Origin: Hyphomonadaceae bacterium
GTDB lineage: Bacteria; Pseudomonadota; Alphaproteobacteria; Caulobacterales; Aquidulcibacteraceae
Assembly: GCA_014378995.1 (NCBI GenBank)
Contig: JACMMP010000064.1
Location: forward strand, 4,363 to 68,362
DNA: 64,000 nucleotides
Reading direction: 5' to 3'
Shown here: positions 17,341-25,668 of the stretch, in pieces
Numbering within the stretch: position 1 is the stretch's first letter
Layout: each line of letters opens with the position of its first letter
Notes under the pieces: generated by a model
What the model was told of the DNA's origin: nothing
What the model saw: only the letters and a program-made list of their open reading frames with translations
Databases searched by the model: none
Made by a program: the position numbers and the translations under genes

Positions 17341-18089
17341 TGGATGCGATCGCAACCTACGCGCTGCGGCTTGGCGACGATTCGCTCATCCTCGGTCAAC
17401 GCCTGGGCGAGTGGTGCGGGCACGCGCCTGCGCTGGAGGTTGATTTGTCGCTGGCGAATGTCGCGTTGGATCAAGTTGGACAGGCGACGCACTTTCTCGC
17501 GCTCGCCGGCGAGATCGAAGGCAAGGGCCGCGATGGCGACAAGCTCGCCTTTCACCGCGACGTGATGGATTTCACCAATTGCCTGCTGGTCGAGCAGCCG
17601 AACGGCGATTTTGCGCAGACGATTGCGCGGCAATTCCTGTTCTCGCACTACCAGGAACTGCTGTTCGCCGCGCTGATGGCGTCGAAGGATGCGCGTTTTG
17701 CGGCGATCGCCGCAAAGGCGGTGAAGGAAGTGACCTACCATGCGACGCTGGCGAGCGATTGGGTCGTGCGCCTTGGCGACGGCACCGAAGAGAGCCGCGC
17801 GCGCATGGTCGAGGGGCTCGAGTGGATGTGGCGTTTCGCCGACGAATTGTTCGCGATGGATGATGTGGATGCTGCTGCGTTTGCGGCTGGTGTCGGCGTC
17901 GACAAAGCGGCGCTGCGGGAGCCATGGGATCAGCGCATCGATGCGGTGCTGGCGGATGCGACACTGGAGCGCCCCGCTGCGCGGCGGCCGGTTCTGGGCG
18001 GACGGAGCGGGCGGCACTCGGAACATCTCGGGCATTTGCTCAGTGACATGCAGTTTTTGCAGCGCGCTTATCCGGGGGCGACGTGGTGA
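17340..18089 (+). CDS. paaC: Phenylacetyl-CoA epoxidase subunit C
   Basis: LILGQRLGEWCGHAP.LE.D, KEVTYH, RLGDGTEES, HSEHLGHLL..MQFLQRAYPGATW. Confidence 0.96.
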   Translation: MDAIATYALRLGDDSLILGQRLGEWCGHAPALEVDLSLANVALDQVGQATHFLALAGEIEGKGRDGDKLAFHRDVMDFTNCLLVEQPNGDFAQTIARQFLFSHYQELLFAALMASKDARFAAIAAKAVKEVTYHATLASDWVVRLGDGTEESRARMVEGLEWMWRFADELFAMDDVDAAAFAAGVGVDKAALREPWDQRIDAVLADATLERPAARRPVLGGRSGRHSEHLGHLLSDMQFLQRAYPGATW

Positions 18090-18646
18090 TTGAAGACCGC
18101 ACCTCTCCTCGTCATACCGGGGGGCAAACGCACAGTTCAGTCACCCCCTGGGTTCCGGATCGCGCTGCGCGCGTCCGGAATGACGAAGTAAGTGCGATAG
18201 AAGAAATCTTGTCGCACGTGCCGGATCCCGAAATCCCAGCGGTTTCGATCGTCGATCTCGGCATCGTGCGCGCGGTGCATGCGGACCGCGTCGTCATCAC
18301 GCCGACGTACACCGGCTGCCCCGCGACGCTGGCGATCGAACAAATGATCCGCGCGGCGCTGGATGCGCATGGTTTCAGCGGCGTCGCGATCGAAACGACG
18401 CTCGCGCCGCCCTGGTCCACCGATTGGATTAGCGATGAGGGGCGCGAGAAGCTGCGCGCCTATGGCATAGCGCCGCCGCCGAAGGGCGCGGGCGCTGCCG
18501 CGCTGAAGAACGCGCAAGCGGCGGAGTGTCCGCGCTGCGGCGCGAGCAACACCGAAGAAATCTCCCGCTTCGGCTCGACGCCGTGCAAGGCGCTGTGGCG
18601 CTGCAAGGCGTGCGCGGAGCCGTTCGACCGGTTCAAGTGCCACTGA
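18086..18646 (+). CDS. paaD: Phenylacetyl-CoA epoxidase subunit D with repeat-derived N-terminal extension
   Basis: VPDPEIP..SIVDLG, TPTYTGCP, CPRCG...FGSTPCKAL..C..C.EPFD.FK; GTGA overlap with the paaC stop (GTG at 18083 is an alternative). Confidence 0.93.
   Translation: MIEDRTSPRHTGGQTHSSVTPWVPDRAARVRNDEVSAIEEILSHVPDPEIPAVSIVDLGIVRAVHADRVVITPTYTGCPATLAIEQMIRAALDAHGFSGVAIETTLAPPWSTDWISDEGREKLRAYGIAPPPKGAGAAALKNAQAAECPRCGASNTEEISRFGSTPCKALWRCKACAEPFDRFKCH
18110..18185. repeat. Family A element (left arm partly deleted) inside the paaD 5' end
   Basis: CGTCATACCGG...CCGGAATGACG; right arm 38/39 identical to the right arm of the 19902-20009 copy. Confidence 0.88.
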
Positions 18647-18663
18647 TGTTGACGCGCACGACG

Positions 18664-18798
18664 TCCGTGCTCCCCCGTCAGGGGGAGCTGTCAGCGAAGC
18701 TGACTGAGGGGGCGGCGCCGACGTGCGCAAGGTTCGGCGCCCACCCCTCGGTCGCGTGCTCGCGCACGCGCCACCTCCCCCTGGCGGGGGAGGACGGA
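18664..18798. repeat. Family C (CTCCCCC...GGGGGAG) composite palindrome between paaD and paaE
   Basis: TCCGTgCTCCCCCG...CGGGGGAGgACGGA termini with internal hairpins CTCCCCC-gtca-GGGGGAG and GTCAGC-gaa-GCTGAC. Confidence 0.82.
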
Positions 18799-18809
18799 GA
18801 GCGCGCGCG

Positions 18810-19886
18810 ATGAGCATCGACTTTCACAAGCTGCGCGTCGCTGAAGTGAAGCGCGAGACGCCAGACGCTGTCTCCGTTCAGCTCGAATTGCCGGAGCATC
18901 TGCGTGACGCGTTCGCGTTCCGCGCAGGCCAGCACCTCACTTTCCGCCGCGAAATTCGCGGCGAAGAGGTACGGCGCAATTATTCGCTGTGCGTTTCGCC
19001 CAATGAGGGCGTTTTGAAGATCGGCGTGAAGCAGATCGCGGGCGGTGTGTTTTCGGGCTGGGTGAACAGCGAGCTGAAAGTCGGCGACGAACTCGACGTT
19101 ATGGCGCCGCACGGTTCGTTCTGCTGGAGCTTCGATGCGGAGGCGCGGCGCGAGTACGTGGCGTTCGCTGGCGGCTCAGGGATCACGCCGATCCTGTCGC
19201 TGATCAAGACGGCGCTGGCGACGGAGGCGCGTTCGCGCTTCACGCTTTTTTACGGCAATCGCAATTCACTGGGCGTGATGTTTCTGGAAGAGATCGCCGC
19301 GCTGAAGGACCGCTATCTCGACCGGTTCAGCATCTATCACTTCCTCGAAGAGGAAGAAGAAGAGATCGAGCTGTTCAACGGCCGGCTCGACCGCGCGAAG
19401 ACGGATGAGATTCTCTCGTCGCTGGTGCGGGCGGAGAACGTGGATGCGTTTTTCATCTGCGGGCCGGGGCCGATGATGGATGCGATCGAGGAAGCGCTGC
19501 TCGCGCGCGGCGTTGATAAACCGCGCATCCTGATCGAACGTTTCACCACCGGACCGCTCTCCGCTGCGCAAGTTGCGGCGGCGCGTGTGCTGGAGGAGAA
19601 AGCGGCGGGTTTGCGCATGAGCGTGACGCTGAACGGGCGGCGCGTGCAAGTCGCGTTCGATCCTTCGAAGCACTCGATCCTCGACAACGTACGTGCTGCC
19701 GGACTGCCGGCGCCGTTCGCGTGCAAAGGGGGCGTTTGCGCCACGTGCCGCGCGAAGGTGACGGCGGGCGAAGTCAGCATGAAGGTGAATTACGGGCTTT
19801 CGGAAGCAGAGCTGGCGGAGGGGTACGTGCTGACGTGCCAAGCGACGCCGGTGAGTGAAGGCGTAGCGCTGACGTATGATAGTTAG
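18810..19886 (+). CDS. paaE: Phenylacetyl-CoA epoxidase reductase subunit E
   Basis: RRNYSLC FAD motif, GGSGITP, CGPGPMM, C-terminal [2Fe-2S] CKGGVCATC...LTCQ. Confidence 0.95.
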   Translation: MSIDFHKLRVAEVKRETPDAVSVQLELPEHLRDAFAFRAGQHLTFRREIRGEEVRRNYSLCVSPNEGVLKIGVKQIAGGVFSGWVNSELKVGDELDVMAPHGSFCWSFDAEARREYVAFAGGSGITPILSLIKTALATEARSRFTLFYGNRNSLGVMFLEEIAALKDRYLDRFSIYHFLEEEEEEIELFNGRLDRAKTDEILSSLVRAENVDAFFICGPGPMMDAIEEALLARGVDKPRILIERFTTGPLSAAQVAAARVLEEKAAGLRMSVTLNGRRVQVAFDPSKHSILDNVRAAGLPAPFACKGGVCATCRAKVTAGEVSMKVNYGLSEAELAEGYVLTCQATPVSEGVALTYDS

Positions 19887-19901
19887 GCGGCACAAACTAA
19901 A

Positions 19902-20009
19902 ATCGAGTCATTCCGGGCGGAGCGAAGCGTAGGCCCGGAACCCAGGGCCTCCGGATCAGTGTTTGCCCTGGGTTCCGGATCGCGCTCCGCGCGTCCGGAA
20001 TGACTCGAT
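19902..20009. repeat. Family A palindromic element between convergent paaE and paaR
   Basis: 15-bp perfect terminal inverted repeat ATCGAGTCATTCCGG / CCGGAATGACTCGAT. Confidence 0.92.
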
Positions 20010-20027
20010 GGTAGTTGGATGAGGACT

Positions 20028-20627
20028 TTACTCCGCCGCTTTCCGCACGCCGCCAAGCGTCCAATCCACCGCCATCTCCGCCAGTGCGCCGGCGCTTACG
20101 GGGCCTTTCGGATTGAACCAGGTGTGGGTCCAGTTGATGGCGCCGAAGAAGAGCATGGCGGCGGCGAAGCTTGCGCCGCTTTTGCGCTTCAGCGCCGGCT
20201 CGATCTCGACCAGCAGCTTTTGCACCGTTTCGATAAGCCGACGCTGCACTGCGACGATCTCATTGCGGCGCGCTTTCGGCAGATGATCGAGATCGTTCAG
20301 CAGCACCTTGTGCCGGTCGGCGGCGCCGACATAGAGCGCCATGAAGCGATGCGCCAGTTCGCGGAGCTTGCGCGCCGGCGGCTCGGCCCCCGCTGTCGCC
20401 TCTTTCGCCGCTTCTTCGAGCGCGCGAACGTGGGAGATCATCACGTCGAAGAGGATGTCATCCTTCGATTGGTAATAATGATAGATTAGCGATTTGGAGA
20501 ACTTGCCGCGCTTGGCCAGATCGGCAACCGAGGCGCCATTGTACCCCTCGCGTGCAAACAGCGCGGCGGCCGTATCGACGATCGCCTCTTTCCGTTCATC
20601 GTAATCGGCGGCTTGCGTGCGGGCCAT
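20028..20627 (-). CDS. paaR: TetR/AcrR family regulator, probable PaaR
   Basis: N-terminal TetR HTH, FGAINWTHTWF; adjacent to the paa operon, which carries a palindromic operator. Confidence 0.75.
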   Translation of the reverse strand: MARTQAADYDERKEAIVDTAAALFAREGYNGASVADLAKRGKFSKSLIYHYYQSKDDILFDVMISHVRALEEAAKEATAGAEPPARKLRELAHRFMALYVGAADRHKVLLNDLDHLPKARRNEIVAVQRRLIETVQKLLVEIEPALKRKSGASFAAAMLFFGAINWTHTWFNPKGPVSAGALAEMAVDWTLGGVRKAAE

Positions 20628-20657
20628 AGCGCATCGTACAGGCGCGTGCGTAAAGCG

Positions 20658-21794
20658 CTAGCGTGAACGCCCGCGCGCGGTGACGGGCCAGATGTCGATC
20701 AGGGTGTCGCCGCGCACGACGTGGTAGGCGTCGTAGAGATTGACGGTCGGATCGCAGTGCGGCGCGGTGAGCGTGACGCGATCACCCAGCTTGAACTCAT
20801 GCCCCGGCGCAATCAGCGCGCCGTGCTCGTCGCCCATGAAGAAGAACGCTGCTTCCGCCGGCGCGCCCGCGGCGACAGCTGGATTGCCGCCATCGGTCGA
20901 GAGCGCTTTGAAGCCGGAATCGATTGTCGCCATGCTCGGCGCATTGGCGCTGATCACGTGCGCATCGATGAAGAGCGCGGTTTCGAACGGCGGGATCGCT
21001 TCGCCGCTCAAATCGCAATCGAGATATTGCTTGTCCATGAACACGTACGAGCCGACTTGCAGCTCATTGATGACGCCGAGCGCGGCGTCGATGCGGTGCG
21101 TGCCGGTGCCGCCTCCGGTGACGATCTCGGGCGCGAGGCCTTCGCTGCGCAGAAGGTCGATGACGCTGCTGAGATAGAGGGTGCGGTCCTCGATCGCCGC
21201 GCGGCGCTCGGCGAACGAGGCGATATGCTGCTGCGCGCCGCAATAAAATTGGAGGCCGGCATAGTGGAGCATTTCACTCGCCGCGATCTGCCGCGCCAAC
21301 GCGAGCGCGGCCTGCGGCGAGGCGACGCCGGTGCGGCGGATGCCAGGATCGATATCGACGACGACCGGAAGCTTGCGCGCGGCGCCTTTCGTGGCCGCGG
21401 CAAGGGCGGCGACATTATCGGGATGATCGGCGACGACCATGAGGCCGGCGATCTGCTTATGCAGCGCAGCGAGACGCGCGATCGCTTGCGGCGTCACCAC
21501 TGGCGAGGTGATGAGCATAGCGCCCACCCCCTCGCCCGCCAACGCTTCGGCTTCGCCGAGCTTGGCGCAGCAGATTCCTCGGGCGCCGGCAGCGAGCTGG
21601 AGCTTTGCGATCTCCGCGCTTTTGTGCGTTTTGGCGTGCGGCCGCAGCGCGATGGCGTTGGCTTTCGCGAACGCGGCCATGGCGGCGATGTTGCGTCCGA
21701 GCGCGTCGCGATCGAGCACCAGAGCGGGCGTGTTGAGCGCCGTGCGCGAGCCTTGTTGGCCGATGAGCGGGCGGTGCAGATCGATATCGCTCAT
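20658..21794 (-). CDS. DSD1/D-threonine aldolase family PLP enzyme (alanine racemase fold)
   Basis: TPALVLD, LRPHAKTHK (PLP Lys), RRTGV, GGGTGT, ELQVGSYVFMD, DEHG, HCDPTVN. Confidence 0.88.
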   Translation of the reverse strand: MSDIDLHRPLIGQQGSRTALNTPALVLDRDALGRNIAAMAAFAKANAIALRPHAKTHKSAEIAKLQLAAGARGICCAKLGEAEALAGEGVGAMLITSPVVTPQAIARLAALHKQIAGLMVVADHPDNVAALAAATKGAARKLPVVVDIDPGIRRTGVASPQAALALARQIAASEMLHYAGLQFYCGAQQHIASFAERRAAIEDRTLYLSSVIDLLRSEGLAPEIVTGGGTGTHRIDAALGVINELQVGSYVFMDKQYLDCDLSGEAIPPFETALFIDAHVISANAPSMATIDSGFKALSTDGGNPAVAAGAPAEAAFFFMGDEHGALIAPGHEFKLGDRVTLTAPHCDPTVNLYDAYHVVRGDTLIDIWPVTARGRSR

Positions 21795-21796
21795 GA

Positions 21797-23065
21797 TCAG
21801 GGCTCCACGAACAAGGCGGCAAGGTGGGCATTGGCGAATTTGGCGTCGGGATCGTGCGCGGCGCGGACGCTGCGGAAAAGCTGCGCTTCTGGATAAAGCG
21901 CATCGACGTCGGCGCGCGTCAATGTGTGGCGCTTGGCCCAATGTGGACGCCCGCCATGGGCGCGGAAAATGGGCTCGATGCCAGTGAAGAAATCGCGCCA
22001 CGGCATCTTGGCGTATTGGTGCGCGGAGATCGAGGTACACGGGCCCTTATTGAATGGGCTGAGCCAAATATCGTCGGCGGCGGTGGTGCGGAATTCGAAC
22101 GGGAAGGTGACCGGCAGCTTGCGCTTGCGGATGTAGGCGATGACTTCGCGCAGCGCGGGCCAGCCGTTCGCGACCGGTATTTCGTATTCCATCTCCTCGA
22201 AGCGCACGCTGCGCTCGGAGGGAAAGATTTGGTACGCCGGGCCGACGCGGCGCTGGCGGATGCCGGGCTTGACTATGGAGGGCTGCAGCCGGCGCGTCAG
22301 AAACGGAAACGCGGCGCAAAGATCGCAGACGAGCCGGAAGGCGCGGTCGTCCATGTCGCTCATATGTTTCAGCGGGCCTTCGCTTGGCGCCGGGTTCAGC
22401 GTCTTCAGGATCGCTTGGTCGCCATAGGGGAAGATGAAGAATTCGACGTGGCGATTATTGGCGACGAGTTCGTCCCAACGTTCGGCCACCCAGTCGAGCG
22501 GATGCGACTCGACGCGTTCTTCGAGGTGATATGCCGGCAGCACGTCGATCTCGATGCGTGTAAAGACGCCGAGCAGGCCAAGTGAAAGCCGCTGCGCTTG
22601 AAACAGCTCCGGGCGCTCGCTAGCGCTGCAGGTCGCGATCGAGCCGTCCGCCAGAATCAAGCGAAAGGCGCGCGTGGCGGTGGAGAGCGAACCGAGCCCG
22701 GCGCCAGTGCCGTGCGTTCCGGTGCTGACGGCGCCGGCGAGCGTTTGCGGATTCACATCGCCCTGGTTGATGAGCGAGAGGCCCTCTTCGCAGAGCGCCG
22801 CGGTAAGCTTGGCGAGGCTCATCCCCGCGGGCGCCCAGGCCCGCGTGCGGTCGGCGCTAAGCTCGATTGCGCCTTCAATCTCGGCCAGCGAAACGAGCGC
22901 GCCATCGGTTTCGCAGAGCGGCATGAAGGAGTGGCCAGCGCCGACGACGCGCAGCTTCTTCGCCGTGCGCACGATCTCGGCCAGCTCCGCTTCGGTGCGC
23001 GGGCGCGCGATCTGCTCTGGCCGCGCTTCGACGCTGCCCGACCAATTGCGCCATTGCACGCTCAT
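21797..23065 (-). CDS. FAD-linked aldonolactone oxidase (ALO/GULO family)
   Basis: WRNWSG, VGAGHSF, TGTHGTG, FEEMEY, GRPHWAK motifs. Confidence 0.88.
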   Translation of the reverse strand: MSVQWRNWSGSVEARPEQIARPRTEAELAEIVRTAKKLRVVGAGHSFMPLCETDGALVSLAEIEGAIELSADRTRAWAPAGMSLAKLTAALCEEGLSLINQGDVNPQTLAGAVSTGTHGTGAGLGSLSTATRAFRLILADGSIATCSASERPELFQAQRLSLGLLGVFTRIEIDVLPAYHLEERVESHPLDWVAERWDELVANNRHVEFFIFPYGDQAILKTLNPAPSEGPLKHMSDMDDRAFRLVCDLCAAFPFLTRRLQPSIVKPGIRQRRVGPAYQIFPSERSVRFEEMEYEIPVANGWPALREVIAYIRKRKLPVTFPFEFRTTAADDIWLSPFNKGPCTSISAHQYAKMPWRDFFTGIEPIFRAHGGRPHWAKRHTLTRADVDALYPEAQLFRSVRAAHDPDAKFANAHLAALFVEP

Positions 23066-23120
23066 ACTACTCCCCGCATGGGGCATCTGTAGCGGCGTTG
23101 CGCCCACGGCGTCGAGATGG

Positions 23121-23987
23121 TTAGCCGGCGAAAAGCGGGAGCGACAGGCCGGGCGTCTCGACCTCAAGCGCGAACACGCCGCCGGCAAGCGGCTCGCCCG
23201 CTAGAGCTTCAGCTTCGAGGCCGACGCGGGCGCTGGTGATGTAGAGCGTGCGCAAATCGGGGCCGCCAAAGGCGCAGCTAGTAGGGCGGCTGACAGGCAT
23301 CGCTACGATACGATCGACGGCGCCGCTCGGCGCATAGCGCACGAGGCGCCAGCCATCCCATTGCGCGCTCCAAATATAGCCTTCTGCATCGATCGCCGCG
23401 CCATCGGGCGTGATTGGCGGCGTGGTGGACGCAAGCAGCGTGCGTGCGCCGAGTTCGCCGGTGCGGGCATTGAGCGGATAAGCGTAAAGTTCATGCGCGG
23501 CGGAATCCGCCATGTAGAGCGTCTCACCGCTCGCATCGATCACAATCGCATTCGGGATGCCGAGTGAGCTCTCCATTTGCGCGCAGCGCCAATCGGGATC
23601 GAGCCGATAGAGCGCGCCGGTGCGGCCTTCGCCATTGTCGGCCATCGTGCCAAACCAGAAGCGGCCATCGGCGCCGACATGGCCGTCATTGGTTCGGTTG
23701 CCTGGAAGATCGTCCTCGATGCGCACGCGCAGTTCAAAACGGCGCGCGGCGACATCGAACACGCCGACGCCGCCGGCGCAGGCCATGACCAACCCGCCTT
23801 GCGCGCGGCGGCCGAGCGCTGTCGCTTGCACGTCGAGCTGGAGGGCTTCGGCGCGTCCGCTGGCGGGCTCGAACCAGTGCAAGCGGCGCTGCTTGATGTC
23901 GAGCCAATAGAGGCGCTGCGCGTCAGCATCCCAGAGCGGCCCCTCGCCCAATTGGCATTCGGAATGGACGACGCAAACGGGCTGCAT
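23121..23987 (-). CDS. SMP-30/gluconolactonase family sugar lactonase
   Basis: LGEGPLW, RTNDG...GRFWFGTM, PDGAAID.EG, PTSCAFGG..L.TLYITSA. Confidence 0.92.
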   Translation of the reverse strand: MQPVCVVHSECQLGEGPLWDADAQRLYWLDIKQRRLHWFEPASGRAEALQLDVQATALGRRAQGGLVMACAGGVGVFDVAARRFELRVRIEDDLPGNRTNDGHVGADGRFWFGTMADNGEGRTGALYRLDPDWRCAQMESSLGIPNAIVIDASGETLYMADSAAHELYAYPLNARTGELGARTLLASTTPPITPDGAAIDAEGYIWSAQWDGWRLVRYAPSGAVDRIVAMPVSRPTSCAFGGPDLRTLYITSARVGLEAEALAGEPLAGGVFALEVETPGLSLPLFAG

Positions 23988-23996
23988 CCGGCGCCT

Positions 23997-25286
23997 CTAG
24001 CTCATCTGCTGCGCGACCTTGGCGTCGTGCGCCAGCTCTGCCAATTGCTCTTCGTCGTCGGGCCAATCGGCCAGCGGCACGCCGAGGCACACGCTCTGCG
24101 TCGGCAGCACGTCGCGCCAATCGGCGATGAGCTTCTTGTAGGAACGCCCCACTGGACGGATCTCGCGGTTGAGATCGAAGAGACCGACCGGGTGAATGCG
24201 GTCATTCTTCTCGCGCAGCGCCGTGTCCCAATCGGTTTGATCGGTCAGCGAATACCAGGTGAAGCCGACTGTAGGTACGCCATCATTGCGCACGCGCAGC
24301 ACGTTCGCCCATTGCTTCCAGAGCCAATTGACGGCCTCGTCGCCTTGCGGACCCTCGATCAGATTGGTTTCAGTGTGCATCACCGGCAGATGATAGCGAT
24401 TGTAGTATTGGCGCGTGATTTCGCTGTAGCCGAAGATTTCTCCGGATGCGCGATGGGTGCCGTCGGCGGAGACGCGGTGTTCGTTGGTCCAATAATAATC
24501 GTTGCCGAGAATGGAGTGATGTCGCTGCGAGTTCTGCAGGAAAAAATGATATTCCTGGCGCGTCATGCCGTTATCCATCAGGTACTCGTACATGGTCGAG
24601 TCCACGCGGTGTCCGTAATTGAGATCGAGCGAGAGGAAGCGGCGTGAGTTCTCAATCTCCGCCGGACGGATGGCGGCCGGGCACTCGGCGTGAAAATATT
24701 CCGACGACTCGCTTTGAATGAAGATCGCGTCGCCGCGCACGCTGAGGATTTCGCGCATCGCCATCACATTGGCTTTGACGATGTGCTTTAACGCCGTGAC
24801 GAACGTGCGGTCGGTGGTGCCCTGCTCATTCCACCAGCCGAAGTATCCGGAAAATTGCGCGCAGATGAACATCTCGTTCACCGGCGTATACATCTGCACC
24901 CACGGGAAGCGCTGCGCGAACGCGCGCGCGTAAATTGCGAACTGCTCTGGAAAATCGGGGTTCTGAAAATCGCCGATCCAATCGGGCACGCCGAAATGGC
25001 AGAGGTCGACAATGGGGACGATGCCGCGCCGGCGTAGCTCTGCGAACGCGATGTCGGAGAATTCCCAGTCGTATTTGCCGGGGCCGAGCAGGGTTGTGTG
25101 GAGGGGCGGCCCGTAGCGCAGGAAGCGGATGCCAAGGTCATCGACGCAGTCGAAGTCCTGCCGGAAGTGCTTGTAGTGGCCGCAGGATTCCATCTGATCG
25201 ACGCGCACGCGGCCGCCGTCGATCTTCGGGATCGAGTTCTCGATGCCCGTGGCGAACATGAAAGGAGTAATGGGGGACCTCCGCAA
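23997..25286 (-). CDS. GH1-like glycoside hydrolase (clan GH-A)
   Basis: FMFATGIENS, DLCHFGVPDW, TPVNE (acid/base), HTETN (nucleophile), GFTWYSL.DQ.DWD. Start uncertain. Confidence 0.85.
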   Translation of the reverse strand: MRRSPITPFMFATGIENSIPKIDGGRVRVDQMESCGHYKHFRQDFDCVDDLGIRFLRYGPPLHTTLLGPGKYDWEFSDIAFAELRRRGIVPIVDLCHFGVPDWIGDFQNPDFPEQFAIYARAFAQRFPWVQMYTPVNEMFICAQFSGYFGWWNEQGTTDRTFVTALKHIVKANVMAMREILSVRGDAIFIQSESSEYFHAECPAAIRPAEIENSRRFLSLDLNYGHRVDSTMYEYLMDNGMTRQEYHFFLQNSQRHHSILGNDYYWTNEHRVSADGTHRASGEIFGYSEITRQYYNRYHLPVMHTETNLIEGPQGDEAVNWLWKQWANVLRVRNDGVPTVGFTWYSLTDQTDWDTALREKNDRIHPVGLFDLNREIRPVGRSYKKLIADWRDVLPTQSVCLGVPLADWPDDEEQLAELAHDAKVAQQMS

Positions 25287-25322
25287 ACTGAGAGGTCAAC
25301 TTTGGCCCACCCGTCCTCCGGA

Positions 25323-25547
25323 TCAAGCGCCTTGGGCGGTCACCTTCCGGCATCTCTTAGTCGGCAGCAACGCATCCTGGCCCGAATTGACGTTCCGGAC
25401 CCAGACCGTCTCACCGCTGATCGCGACGACTTCGAACCGAGGAAAGAGGTTTGGCCCTGTCTGCACCAAGTCGCCGGCTTGCAGTTCATCAGAACTGGAC
25501 TGGTCGTGTTCGATTTCGAACACATCTCTGTAGCTAATCGCGTTCAT
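25323..25547 (-). CDS. Small hypothetical protein (74 aa), SH3/KOW-like beta pattern
   Basis: GGAG upstream of ATG 25547; LQAGDLVQ...FEVVAISGETVWVR; co-oriented with the GH1 operon. Confidence 0.6.
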   Translation of the reverse strand: MNAISYRDVFEIEHDQSSSDELQAGDLVQTGPNLFPRFEVVAISGETVWVRNVNSGQDALLPTKRCRKVTAQGA

Positions 25548-25598
25548 CCCGCACGCTCCGCAACACGCCCGACGAATGTACCGCGAGTCTGGTGAACG

Positions 25599-25623
25599 GG
25601 AACTGAGTTCATGCACACGCGTT
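25599..25623 (+). promoter_or_regulatory. sigma-EcfG promoter for the sugar-acid dehydratase operon
   Basis: GGAAC-tgagttcatgcacacg-CGTT, exact N16 consensus, 45 nt before the TTG start. Confidence 0.75.
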
Positions 25624-25668
25624 GTCACTCTCTGCGGTTTGCAACCTTTTAGTCACAGCGGGGCAGCC

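Noticed and set aside
10676-20009. Repeats as a CRISPR array or IS/MITE ends
   Set aside because: Copies are dispersed, not regularly spaced with unique spacers; no cas or transposase gene and no target-site duplications were seen.
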